This document shows, piece by piece, positions 12,260 to 25,066 of a DNA stretch of 64,000 nucleotides. This DNA comes from Asterias rubens. Taxonomy: Eukaryota. Each line of letters starts with the position of its first letter. The stretch's first letter is position 1. The stretch covers positions 1,178,001 to 1,242,000 of the forward strand of contig NC_047066.1 in assembly GCF_902459465.1 (NCBI RefSeq). Direction: 5' to 3'. The notes beneath the pieces were generated by a model. The model worked only from the letters and a program-made list of their open reading frames with translations. It searched no databases and was not told where the DNA came from. Both the position numbers and the translations under genes were made by a program.

Positions 12260-13481
12260 GTCCCTATTGATGTTTTTTTCACGGGGTGAACGGATCAATA
12301 GCACCCCCCCCCCCCCTGTAGAACAGTTATGCCGGATCCTACTTTTCCCAACTGATTTTGTTCCAAACTTCCCTGACGACTCGCCTAATGGGGAAAACAT
12401 TCACATCTATGGCGAAAACATTCACATCAATTGATGTGTCGCTGAGCCATGCTCATCTTATATTATATTATTTGGTGGGGAAACAAGCAATTGTCTCTTT
12501 AGTACTTTGGGTATCGTGTATGAAAGAAGGTGTTAGGTTTAAGGCAAACTCAATTATGGATTTCCAATTGATTTGATTTTGTAAAGAAGTCCCAACTAAA
12601 CTACTAAGGGTAAACTTTGACTTTTCGGTTCAACCGGAACTAAAGGTCATACCAGTTGTGTGCCAATTCTGTAAAAAAGGTTGCCCCAGTATTGAATAAA
12701 CTCCCAAATGAACATCAAACAGCGAATAGCAAAAAATTTGTATTTTTTTAAAAACTCAAATGGCTTGAAATTTAATACGTAGAATTGTTCGTATATAACA
12801 CGGGTACAAATACGAACAAAAACAAAACTAGGTTTTCGGCTGATACCGGACCGAAACAAATCCCAGTAACAATATAAAAGCAATAGTTATACAACCAAAC
12901 AGTTGTCCGGGCCGTTACACACAAAAACAAAACGAATTATTGTGTTGCGATATAGTTATGCTATAATTAAACACAATGTTCCATCACTGATAACTGGAGT
13001 TGTTGACATAATCTTTGCCCTCAGTTGATGTACCATCACAATCTTTCTCTAAAAATATCAGCCAGTGATTATGATAATATAACGCTGGATTTACGCACAG
13101 CTTTCGCACCGGCATTTATTTGTTCTGTTCACACCTGTAGGTTTTAATGCCCCTGCATGTTGTAACAGGTGTTATAGTATAGTATAAAAACGCTCAACAA
13201 TCAATGTGTGAATAATATTACTAGTTCATTATTCACCACCTTTAATTACAACATTTTTAATCGAGTTTCCGTGTGGCTTTTTTGATGTTACGGAACAACT
13301 GAAAAACACGGAAGTTCCGTTGCAGAGTACGGCAGGTTGTAGTGCCAATTCTGGTCATTGTTACACATTGTGAACATTGTCTATTCATGTAGCAAGGACA
13401 TCGCTATGGTCTAGTAGAGAAAACATCGAGGCTTGCTGTTCTGTTTTCTACATGTGATGATTATTCGTTTTGGGATTAGAA

Positions 13482-16138
13482 ATGGCTTGCAATGGACGAC
13501 TGAAGCTGTCAGACGTATGGCTGATACATAAAGAGCCGAGGCTTTTCGCTACTTCCCAGGTATGTTGATGATAGTCACGAGTAGACTTGGAGGCCTGTGT
13601 TATGATATAGGGTTTAGGCGCAGACTAAGTGCGGTTGGGTGTGACCTTGGTTCTTGTACATGGGTTACATGCTGGGTTGTATTGGCTACATCTCTGCCAT
13701 TTCCCTCTTTGAGGGACTGGGCAAGTTTACGAATCTGGTTTTGATTCAGATGATGGTTTGATACAGATACCTCTCTTCTCCAGTAATTCGTGTTGTGATA
13801 ATTATTGGTGACTATAACGAAAAAAAAGGAACCACTCGAAGATAGGGGCTGGTTTATTAGGGGCCCATATTGGTCTAAATATTTCACAACCTACAGATGA
13901 AAGTAATATCCTTCATTGACTTCCTCGTTTCGTTTCCATTATTATGAGACACTAAAACCATTTTTATGTTGCGTTTCAAATCAACAAAAAGAAAGACTAA
14001 AATGTGCCTAAAAAATAAAAGAATTAATGATCGTAAGCATAATGTCAAGGTGTAGTTGAAGAATGAAGTAATATTAACGTGAAAAGGAGTAATCATCATA
14101 CTTTCTAGTAACTTAGATACTAATTATTTAAAGAAATATACGGACATTTCTGCCATCGATATACACGACAAGAAAAACATTCCATGGTTGCTTCCCTTCA
14201 ACTAGTTATACAAATTGATAACCAGCCATGAGTCACATTGTGACAAATTGCAACGCATAGCATATAAATTCTAACGAAATATTTGTTTTATTTCAGTGGC
14301 CTCTACACCCGTTCATCTTTTTAGCCTACCGTATATTCTTAGCACTTTACCTTCTAGTGTGGTTGCTCCTTCACATATCAAGGACTAGCCCCTTTGGTGG
14401 GTTCTTCGTCTTTCTGACCAACTGGACCTTCACCGTGCTAACAATATACGCCGTGTCGTCTTGCATTGGTGCAGTCTACTTCACTCTTCGCACAAGGAAT
14501 CATCGTGACGGTATGTTGAAATTCAGGTGCTTGAGTGAGGGGACTTAGAAGGTACCTCCAATGTTCAAATATTTTAATCGATTTCCTCGATTCCTTTTTT
14601 TGCATCCCTATATGGAGACATCTTTTGTTCTTTCCATCGTCCATGTTCTTACAGTTTCCGATAGACTGCGTACACAAAATCCCTTGTGCAGCACCCCAGT
14701 CTTTAGAGTTTCCCTAATGGAGTCCTTTATTTACTTTCCCTTTACATGGGAGCAGAAGTACCTCCCCTATCCTCTAAAGAATTTCTGAAATTCCCAGCAC
14801 ACAATCAAGTTTGATGTGTTCTGGGAATTTCAGAAATTCCCACAACACAATAAAGTTTAATGTGTTCTGGGAATTTCAGAAATTCTGAGGACACAGTTAA
14901 TTGGTCTGGTGCCACTGCGCCACAAAACAAGCACCAAGTGTGACATGGTGTAGGCCTAATCCCCCTAACATTGGGTGCGTTCGTTTAGCTTCCCTGGGTC
15001 TACCCCGCGGTGCTCACTCGGGTGAGCCCCTGACAAGAGCTAAACGAACGATCACACTCGCCCTCTCGTGGTGACGGCATGCAACTCAGGTCACCCCCAA
15101 GTGACCCACTCCAGAAGCAGGGCACTGTGGGCTGACCCAGGTGAGCCCGTCAAAGCTATTCGAACGTACCGGGGCAGACCGGGGTGACCCAGGGAAGCTA
15201 AACGAACGCACCCATTATTGTGTCTCCATTGCGTTCTTGGAATCTCAGGGATTCATTTTAGAGGATTCTAGGGGTATGGTGTTTTTGTACACGATGGGAG
15301 CATGGGGGGGGGGGGGGGGGAGCTCTGCCACGTATCTGATCTGTAATTGTACATTGAATAATTGTTAAATCGTTGTTTGATTTGCGGTTATATATTTTGT
15401 TGACATAAGGCCTATGGGCCAACTTTGTCAAAAGTTTGTTTATGGCATGCCTATAATCTAAGTTGAAATAGTTTTTTTTAATGAAAACACATCCTTTTCA
15501 CTTTCTTTGTCTTAGTATTCGACGCCCCAGATGAGAACGAATCCCAGCAACTTCTACCCAACAACAGCCAAACCACCGAAGATGAGCCCTCCTCCACCGA
15601 CGAATCTACTACCGACTATATCGGCGCTATGCCACCCCTTCAAGACCCAAGGCCCGCCGCTCCAAGTTTCCCTCACTACTTCAAATTCTCTTGGCTCTTA
15701 TTTAACATCTGTCTTGCCGTCAATCCAATAGTGACTGTGATATTTTGGGTGTTCCTCGCCGATCCAATATCAAACCCCTTGAGTAGTGCAATCAATGTCC
15801 ACCTCCACGCCTTAAACACAGTCTTTATCTACTTGGATCTGTTCATATCTGCCACACCCGTTCGGTTCATCCATTTCGTCTATGCTATTCTATACGGCCT
15901 CATGTACACCACATTCACGTTAATCTACTATTGGGCTGGAGGTCTTAATCCTATAAGCGGAGAGACTGGTATTTATCCGCATATTTTGGATTGGGCTAAT
16001 CCTGGATTTACTATGTTGTCTATTTTCGCGGTTATCATCATCGTTCCGTTGACTCACTTAGCTGGATGGGGATGTTTTAGAATCCGGGGTTTGAGTTATG
16101 TGCGTTTCTTTGCTGCACCACGGAACCAGTTGAACTAA
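13482..16138 (+). CDS. rost: Rolling stone-like multipass membrane protein 1 (FAR-17a/AIG1-related); exons 13482-13559, 14297-14510, 15516-16138; 304 aa
   Basis: Exon 1 MACNGRLKLSDVWLIHKEPRLFATSQ|GT. Exon 2 has AYRIFLALY and FLTNWT. Exon 3 has VTVIFW, HALN and DLFISATPVRFIHFVY. Phases 0 and 1 join in frame (78+214+623 = 915 nt). Confidence 0.88.
14973..15213. mobile_element. MITE with perfect 28-bp TIR and 3-bp TSD (PIF/Harbinger-like)
   Basis: ATT-GGGTGCGTTCGTTTAGCTTCCCTGGGTC...GACCCAGGGAAGCTAAACGAACGCACCC-ATT, in rost-1 intron 2. Confidence 0.8.
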
Positions 16139-16991
16139 CACAATTAATATTAGTTGTGCCTTAGCAGACCTTTATCATGGTGCGGACATCTTTTATTTCT
16201 CCCTTTTAAATCAATGTAACAATGCAAACTGAGGCTGGAAAAAAAAGTAGTCTGGTTCTTTTTTTGTACAATGAATATTAGCATCCATTTACTGTTATCG
16301 GATACAAGAAACATGACCGACATAACGGCAGCGTGATAGTTCTAAAGCAAAATATGTCTAGGCTCTAAGTAATGCAGGCCTCTTGCAATAAGCGCAAAAT
16401 GAGCAGGGCACCAGTCGCAACAATTTATAAAACTTTTGAATTTTGCTGGACGCTGGAAACTTTGTCTCATTGAACATAATACAATAATTGCTGTGCAATT
16501 TTTTTGTTTTATCTAATTTGTTACTGGCACTTGCCAGTTTGCCCTTTTAATGTATAAAAAATAAATTGTAATTCTTAATGTTTGTTTGTAATTTTTAAAC
16601 ATTTCGATTTTTTATGAATCTCTGTATTTTAAACTCAATTCAGCTTGTAGCTGCGATGTTTGAATGTGTTTTAATAAACCAATAATAATAATAATAATAA
16701 CTAAGTACACTAGTCATGATGCTAGTTTGAATGACTAATGACATCCATTCTCATGCTGTGACATCGTGACATAGTCACATAACATTAACCGATCCAAATG
16801 AACGTCCATCTCTACCACAGCTACATCTTAGTCTCCTGCTCAATGACATTGTTTTTTTAGCAATTCTTTTTCTCTCCATCAGATGGAAGACCATTATTTT
16901 TTTCGAGCCTACGTTTTCGTTACCTGGATTAGAATGGAAGGAAATACAAATGCTCCGGTAATACAATGCAAATACTTGTGTTTTTTGTCCG

Positions 16992-17166
16992 AGTATTATT
17001 AGAAGATAGACAACTATTGAAAACCAATTATTCAGTCATCATCACCCCCAATCTATGCCACACCTTCTACGATGCCCAAGTATTATTAGAAGATAGACAA
17101 CTATTGAAAACCAATTATTCAGTCATCATCACCCCCAATCTATGCCACACCTTCTACGATGCCCAA
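16992..17166. repeat. Perfect tandem duplication, 2 x 87 bp
   Basis: agtattattagaagatagac...ttctacgatgccca at 16992 and 17079. Confidence 0.95.
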
Positions 17167-17488
17167 CCCTTAAAAAACAGTGCCGCCTGGAAGACCTGAT
17201 GGCAGCAGAACGAGAAGGATGTGAGATGTGCCCAATCCTGGGGAAACATTTGTAGAGAAGATGATGGACTCGGAAGAAGAAGAAGTCAATTCGGATCCAC
17301 ACTTGAAAAACATGCAATAACCACCGTGATTATAGGATGGCGGTTTTCCATAGTGGTTAGACCAGAACCTAGTTTTATTATTAATGAGAAAATAGAGTAG
17401 TCTGTTGTAAACCGCTAACCAACCAAAATTACCTAATATAAATGCAAAAAGGTGCCCGACGTGTCGACCTCTGTAGAGTCTTGAAGGC

Positions 17489-17874
17489 TTAAAGGTGGAC
17501 ACTATTGGTAATTACTCAAAATAATTATTAGCATAAAACATTTTTTGGTGACGAGTAATGGGGAGGGGTTGATGGTATAAAGCATTGTGAGAAACGGCTC
17601 CTTCTGAAGTGCCATAGTTTTCGAGAAAGAAGTAATTTTCCACGAGTTTTATTTCGAGACCTCAAGTTTAGAACTTGAGGTCTCGAAATCAACCATCTAA
17701 ACGCACACAACTTCGCGTGATAAGGTGTTTTTTTTCTTTCATTATTATCTCGCAAGTTCGACGACCGATTGAGCTAAAATTTTTACATGTTTGTTATTTT
17801 TTTATGTATATGTTGAGATAAAAAACTGTAAAGGCTAGTCTTTGACAATTACCAATAGCGTCCACTGCCTTTAA
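17489..17874. mobile_element. TTAA MITE family A copy
   Basis: ttaaaggtggacactattggtaattactc...ttaccaatagcgtccactgcctttaa. Confidence 0.82.
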
Positions 17875-18487
17875 TCAGAGAAAGGACTCTTCTAGGGTCA
17901 AAATGTAAACCTTTTTTTTTTTTTTTTGGGGGGGGGGGGGTGGTATTATAATTAGGCATAACCAATAATTATAGTTCCGCCTTTTCCTTTATTGTTATTT
18001 TCATGTATGTGTATTATTTTTCGTTATTTGCTTTTGAACATGTTTATGAAAATAATGATTACGTTTCAATCAAAGCCCGACCTATTGTCGATTTAGTAAT
18101 TAAAAAAAAATATATAAAAAACCACATCAACCATACCTATATAGGCCTGCCATGCAAATGTTGTTCATAATTATACCCCCCACAAATGCTGGGTCAGCCT
18201 TGACCTAAAAAGAGACATTAATAGGGAGTTTGATGTGTCATACCTTTTTGTGCAATGTTTTTTATTTTTCCAAAGCCCATTACTTGATCAGGGAAACTGT
18301 TGTTTGACTTTCAGACACGAGAGGGCGGTATTTTTTTATTATGGCTGCGCACTCGAACAGTGTTTATTTCGCAAACGTAACTTTACAGATTCTTCGACAT
18401 GTAGCAACTCAATGCTAGTAGTTTGGTTGAAACCTTGCCCACAGTGAAGTGCTTCTACCGTGAACAACTGCTGTACATACATTTACA

Positions 18488-21400
18488 ATGGAATGTTGTT
18501 GTCGATGTCGTCGACCCAAATTATCTGATCTTGGATTCAGCACAGCTGATTGCACAGTGTTTCATAGGCCGCAGGTTTGTACACATAAAATGAAGTTGTT
18601 TGTTATTGACTGTTCTGCGTCGCATCCACTAATGGTAGTAGTACTATCCTCCGCTTACCAGTTTTCACGCTATTATGCCTTTTTCTTTGAATTGGGAAAA
18701 TAATAATGATGCCATATATCAACCGATGCCCTAATTATCTTCATTTGTTAATATGAAGTATGCAAACATATATTACAACTTGATGGACATTGAAATGTTC
18801 ACACCACACACCTATCTTCAATGACTTCAACTGGCCCCATTTGTTTTGTGTTTCTAAGTTTTGGTCAAGGGAGTGGAGACTCTTTGCTTGGCAAATAAAA
18901 CCACACAATTTTTATCTATAAGGGACTGTTTACATCGCGCACAGAGAGGTAAAAGATTTGCCATGATCTTAGGGACACCTCGAAAACAGGACCTCCTACG
19001 ATACAACTTGGTAGTGATCTCCGACTCTGAATGCACAGTTGACAAAGTATCCTATTCCTACCTATGGACTCAAACGTTGTTAGGAAAAAGACTATCAAAT
19101 TGTTTTGAACAAAATAATGTTCATTTTTTTTAATCTCAGGTCTGGATCGCCTTGGTTAGAATAGATTGATTAGATATTGATGATTTTTCGCTTTTTGGTT
19201 ATCCACAAAAGCCTGTTCTCTGTAATTTTTAGTGTTATTTCTATGTTTGTACTCTTTGCCTGGAAATATATGAATAAATACAATAAATAGATTGACTACA
19301 TTTGGGTTGGAGTCGAGGTAGGGACTGAAAACCCAATCCACATGCAAATTACAAGGCTCTGGTCCGGGGAATCAAACTAAGGTCAACAGTGATGAAAGGC
19401 AGGGACATAAGGAAAAGCCGCACCACTGATCTTACATGACTGCTCTTGCCTTGGTAATATAATAGTAAAACTTCTTGACATACTATGTTTGGACAAAGAC
19501 TGAAAGAGTATCTATAGACTCAACAAATATTGTTCATCGATCAGGCCTAGACTGGTATTATGCAGAGGTTACCCATGGGCAATGACCTCTGTTCCCCTGA
19601 TCTTGGCCTTTGTGCCCCATCAAATGTGCCTTTTACAAAATAAAAACGGCTTTGCCACCTCGCCGATGAACTCCATGCCTGGTGTATTCACAATGGTTTA
19701 TGCTGACGTCTCTGCACACTTACTAATTGGTTTTATTACCTTTAATTTCAAACAGTGGTCAAAGTGTCCCCAGATAGCGTTTGCTGTGTACAGAGTGGTC
19801 TTAGCTCTGTACGTTACTGGGTTTCTCCTGGGGGTGATAGTGATCTCCGTCCAGCATCAAGGAGCGGAATCCTTCATCTATCTTACAACCTATGGATTCA
19901 TTATATTTGCTGCTTATAACACTGTTGCAGCATTCAACGTCATACTGGATGGATGCATTCGACGTCATAACCCATCACAAGGTGAGACTTGTGAGGAGGA
20001 AGAAATCCTCATTTTCAAACATTATTTCACTTCATGTATATTCTGGTTGTGAAGCATGACTCTCAGAAATGCAAACTTGATCACTGTACCAATAATCCCC
20101 ATAGTGAGAAGACAAGGAAGGAAGTTTAAGTGTTATTGTAAGTAGGAGGAAATCCTAGAGAATTATTCTAGGGAAAACCCCTGCAGCCAGGACTGAAAAC
20201 CCACTATACATACATGTAGTGCCCCCGGCGCGAATCAAACCAGGGTCTAGAGCCTAGAGGTGAACGGTAATAAAAGATACTACTACTAACCACAACCCAA
20301 CCGCCTGAAACACTTTGTTGGTAATTGTTGCCAGGCTTTTAAGAAACAGCATGAACCTTTACATGTTGGTTGTGTATGTCCATATTGGATTATTGAATGA
20401 AACTGTTGCATCATGGAGGAAGGAAAACTAACCATAAAGTAAAATAAGAGTGATTCACCAGCCAAAAAGCCAATCCTCGCTTGGCCATAGCTTTGTACAC
20501 CTCTGGATCAGTTGTTTTTATACACAACCATCCATCACCAGTTAAAGGGAAGGTACACGTTTGGTAATTACTCAGAACAAATATTAACTTAAAAACTGAC
20601 TTGGTAACGAGAATTGGATAACTGTTGATAGTATAAAACATTGTGAGAATTGGCTCCCTATGAAGTAGCTTAGATTTTGAGAAAGAGGTTATTTCTCACT
20701 AAAATTAAGACTTCTAGCTTGAAAGCACTGAAAGCACACAAATTCATCCAAAAAACCTGTGTTGTTTCTGTCACTATTCTCCTGCAACGTCAATGACCAT
20801 TTTACATGGAGCTCACATGTTCACAGGTCTGTTTTTTCATGCTTTTGTTGGGATACACCAAGTGAGAAGACTGGTCTTTGACAATTACCAAAATGTGTAC
20901 CTTCCCTTTAAGCATGTACACTCGTAGCAGTAGCCCACCTTCTTGGGTTGTTTATGGCTCTCTTTTAAAATCAATCTTATTATGAATAAGACTAAAGTTA
21001 AAATAGAGCCATAACAGCCCTACAAAAAACGCTACTACAGTCGACTGTCGTCATAACACGACAGCTGGGACTGGCCAAATCCCTTTGTTTTATATTTTTT
21101 TAAATAGGAACGTTTTTATAAAATGACAGCAGAACAAAGACACAAAAGCAGAAATGAGCTTTGGGACTTTAGAATTGGACTCTTTATAACTGCTCTTTAT
21201 GAGTGATGACTGTACTTGTAAATTGTTTCGGATGATGAAGCAGTAGACTGCACAATATACAAGATACAAAGATTAAAGCACAAAATAGTAAACTCAATGT
21301 GTTACAGTAGTGTCTACTTCCCACTATGCAATGTTATAAATCCTGCATAAATTTTGTTTTACTTTTGCTTCAACTTTCTTGTGTTGTTTTGTTTACAGGG

Positions 21401-21922
21401 AGCTCTCGTTTCAACCACCAGCTACATTGGTTCCTATTTAACCTCACAACAAACATCAACTTCTTAGTAACCATCGTCTACTGGGGTCTCATCTATACCC
21501 CAGGATTCCTCCCTCTCGTCTATGATCTCAACATGCACACCCTAACCTCTGTAATCTGCCTTCTGGATCTCTTCCTGACAGCCCTCCCTGTGAACCTTCT
21601 ACACTTCATCTACCCTTTCCTGGTAGGTGTAGGGTACATCATCTTCACCCTGGTCTATTGGGCAATCAATCCAAACGATGACCCTATATACCCGTTTCTG
21701 GACTACACTAACAACCCCGGCCTAGCTGCGGGAGCCGTCATCGGGTCTTCTATGGTTGTTGTCATAATGCAAGGCATCATTTGGCTGATGTATAAGTTAA
21801 GACAGTGGATATGGATAAGATGTGGTTACAGTTGGATGGGGAGGGATTCTTCTGGCGAGGACTGTTGCTTTCTTGATGATCAAGGATCTGGAAATGAAGA
21901 GGTTACAACTGGACAGGTTTAA
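18488..21922 (+). CDS. rost: Rolling stone-like protein 2; exons 18488-18574, 19756-19981, 21399-21922; 278 aa
   Basis: MECCCRCRRPKLSDLG...RPQ|GT; AVYRVVLALY and YLTTYG; VTIVYW, HTLT and DLFLTALPVNLLHFIYP. Canonical GT-AG; 87+226+524 = 837 nt, in frame. Confidence 0.9.
20542..20911. mobile_element. TTAA MITE subfamily B copy (rost-2 intron 2)
   Basis: ttaaagggaaggtacacgtttggtaatt...aattaccaaaatgtgtaccttccctttaa; TTAA on both sides. Confidence 0.82.
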
Positions 21923-23710
21923 TTAAAGGTGCCCCTTAAAAAATATAATATAGTATATACAGTTTGATGATGAGTGATTCCACTGGAGAGGATTCTGCTG
22001 TATTTGTGGGGACCAGGCAATGACAAATGTACAAATCGACAATATACATGTTGACAAGCAGCAATATAATCCTCCCAAATCTCGTTGGTAAGCCTCACCT
22101 TGAGTTAGTAAAAGCTGAAGCGATATTTAACCATCAATCTTTGACTGAGAGCAGAAAAGGTTGATTTGAATTGTAAGCTTGATATTCGTTGGAGATATTT
22201 TGTCTGTGTAATTTGTATTTTAATATAAAATATTGCAGAATTGCATTATAGTTTTACCTCTTGATCATGACTTAAATTTGATATTTATATTTTTGTTTGC
22301 AAATCGCACAAACACAAGGCCAAATGGCCACGCATGGTGCGAGAGCTACAAGTAAAGAAAAGTTAAAGGAAATGAAAATTTCTGTTCACTTTCTGAGGTG
22401 AATGCATCTATATTCAATGCACAGTTCCACCATGCACGACCCTGGCAGAAATGTCATTATAAGAGGACAGCAAAACAAAGAAACACAAAGCAGAAATGAG
22501 ATTAAGTACTTCAGAGTAAAAAAACCGAAACTCTTTATCTTAATAACATTCTCCTTATACTGAGGGTTCACTGAAACGGTTCCAGACAAGTATCCAGTTT
22601 CATAAACTTCCAGTTTCAGAAAACATTGCTTACAAAAAACGCGATACGCAAAAATGAGCAGGATACCAACCACATGATACATGTGATATTGTATTTTGTT
22701 TGATATTCTTATAACTTTTGTTGTGCTAAGATTTCCTTTTTCCTTTCTTGCATAATCAGCTCCATTATTATGGACCCAAGAGGGTGATGAACTTTGGAAA
22801 GAGGGTTGAAAATATTATCAGAATTTTGTAAAGTTTCAATTTTCTCGTGATAAAATTGCCTAACTAGTTAAAACCATGCAACTGCACTGGTTGTCTTTGA
22901 TGGTATATTCGTACTGTGACATGCATTCACCACATGTTGTAAATTGAAGGCTGGTAAGGTTTACTTTATTTATCTCACTGTTGAGTTTTGCAATAAATAA
23001 CTGAGTATACTTTTCCATGTCTAAGTGATGTTCAAACTTATTGTTAAAGACACTGGACACTATTGGTAATTGTCAAAGACTAGTCTTCTCACTTGGTGTA
23101 TCCAAACATAAGCATACAATAACAACACGTTGAACACTTGGACTCAAATGGTCATCGAAGTTGTAAAAGAATAATGAAAAGACTAGCTTCTAGGGTATGT
23201 GCGCTATACGAATCAAGTTATATTATACAAAACCACAAAATACCAAGTACATAAATTCTTCAAAATCTTAAGTGAGTGGTATTAATTTTAAAAATTAAGA
23301 GTAAAATGCCTGTGATTTTTTCCACAGGACTCGGGAAAGTACTGAGTATACAATGCTACACACATCGGTGTATATGGGTAAAAACCAAAAATTAATATTC
23401 TTTATCCCCGATGCAAATTTAACATCTATTGAGTGGTATTAATTTGCTTTAAAAGATAATTAACAATGTGTTACGATCTGGCTGTAGTAGGTGATCTTGT
23501 CGACGTTTTGTATGCATATTTTGATTTGAAAACAAACAAGGGATTGGGGCATAAATCATAAGTGAAAATCTCAGGGAAAATAGAAGAATCTCAGATGAAA
23601 ATACCTTCCATACAAATATACAATAATTGGCGGTCGAGTTCTGGTGGCTAGTCATCAAGCACAGATGAGTTCCAGCACAGGCCGCACCCCCAGTCACTTG
23701 TTCGTATTGC

Positions 23711-24103
23711 TTAATGGCAGTGGACACTATACACTATTGGTAATTACTCAAAATAATTGTTGGCATAAAACCTTTCTTGGTGACGAGTAATGGGGAGAGG
23801 TTGATGGTATAAAACATTGTGAGAAACGGCTCCCTCTGAAGTGCCATAGTTCCGAGAAAGAAGTAGTTTTCCACGAATTTGATTTCGAGACCTCAGATTT
23901 AGAACTTGAGGTCTCGACATCAACCATCTAAACGCACACAACTTCGTGTGACAAGGGTGTTTTTTTATTTCATCATTATTATCTCGCAACTTCGACAACC
24001 GATTGAGCTAAACTGTTCACAGGTTTGTTATTTTCTGCATATGTTGAGATACACCAACTGTGAAGGCTAGTCTTTGACAAACAATCCCAATAGTGTCCAC
24101 TGC
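23711..24103. mobile_element. TTAA MITE family A copy (plus truncated copy at 23044-23180)
   Basis: ttaatggcagtggacactat...ccaatagtgtccactgcc; interior matches 17489 and 35453. Confidence 0.8.
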
Positions 24104-25066
24104 CCCCCCCCCCCCCCCTTTCACAGGGAGCTAAAATTGTTAGGGGCCTATAAAGGAAATACAAATATATCTGGAGTATCAGCCGACCTAAACGGAGAGC
24201 GGAAATCTCATCCAGGAAAGCAATTAGCGGCCAACATTGGAATTGTAAGAGACTCAATAGCCGCACTTCATAGCCTCTTGTCAAGGCTTGGCGTTGCTTG
24301 GACAACTTCGTATGAGATCCAGAGCGACTGGAAGGGGAGACCGTTACTCGCGCGTGGTCTCCCCTTCAAGTCACTTGGGGGTAGCGGCTCTAAGTCACGA
24401 AGGCCTTGTAAAAAGGCTACACTTTGTTTGACTTAAACATGTAGGCTGATGAAATAACAAATTAGTGACAGTTAAAACTCAATGGCCATCATAGTTACGA
24501 AAAACATCAAATTTATTGAGGGGTCGCTAGATGACTGTGATACCCCCATTTCTCAACTTGAAAGTACATGTAAAACTACATAGCTCTAACTCAATAACGA
24601 AACAACGTGTGCGCAAGCCTTTAAAAGTGGTTAAAATGGATGACTACACTCAATGTGAACTTATCGTTTGACCATTGCAAGGTCTACAACTCTACCGTCG
24701 GTTGCTGCAAGGCTGGTCGACTGAGTTCAATCATGGTTCAATAATACATACACGTAGGCCCCTACTTCCATCTTCTCCGCACGCCCACTTCCCATTCAAT
24801 CAAGGACTATTGTGGCAACCCAAGCCAGGGCCCATTGATGACGTATTCATTCATCAAAACATACAGAACCAAATAGGGTATTCAAGTATAGTAGAGTACG
24901 CTACCAGTACTAGCATACGGTTTACCCATCTTCTTGCTATATAATCCATGTAAGTTGTTTGTGAACTAGAGCAGTCTTGTTGCAGTTGGGTCACGCCAAA
25001 AAGTGCCGAAGCCGCTAACACTTATAAACATTTTCTACGTATTCGACGGGTTGCAAAACAGCAACA

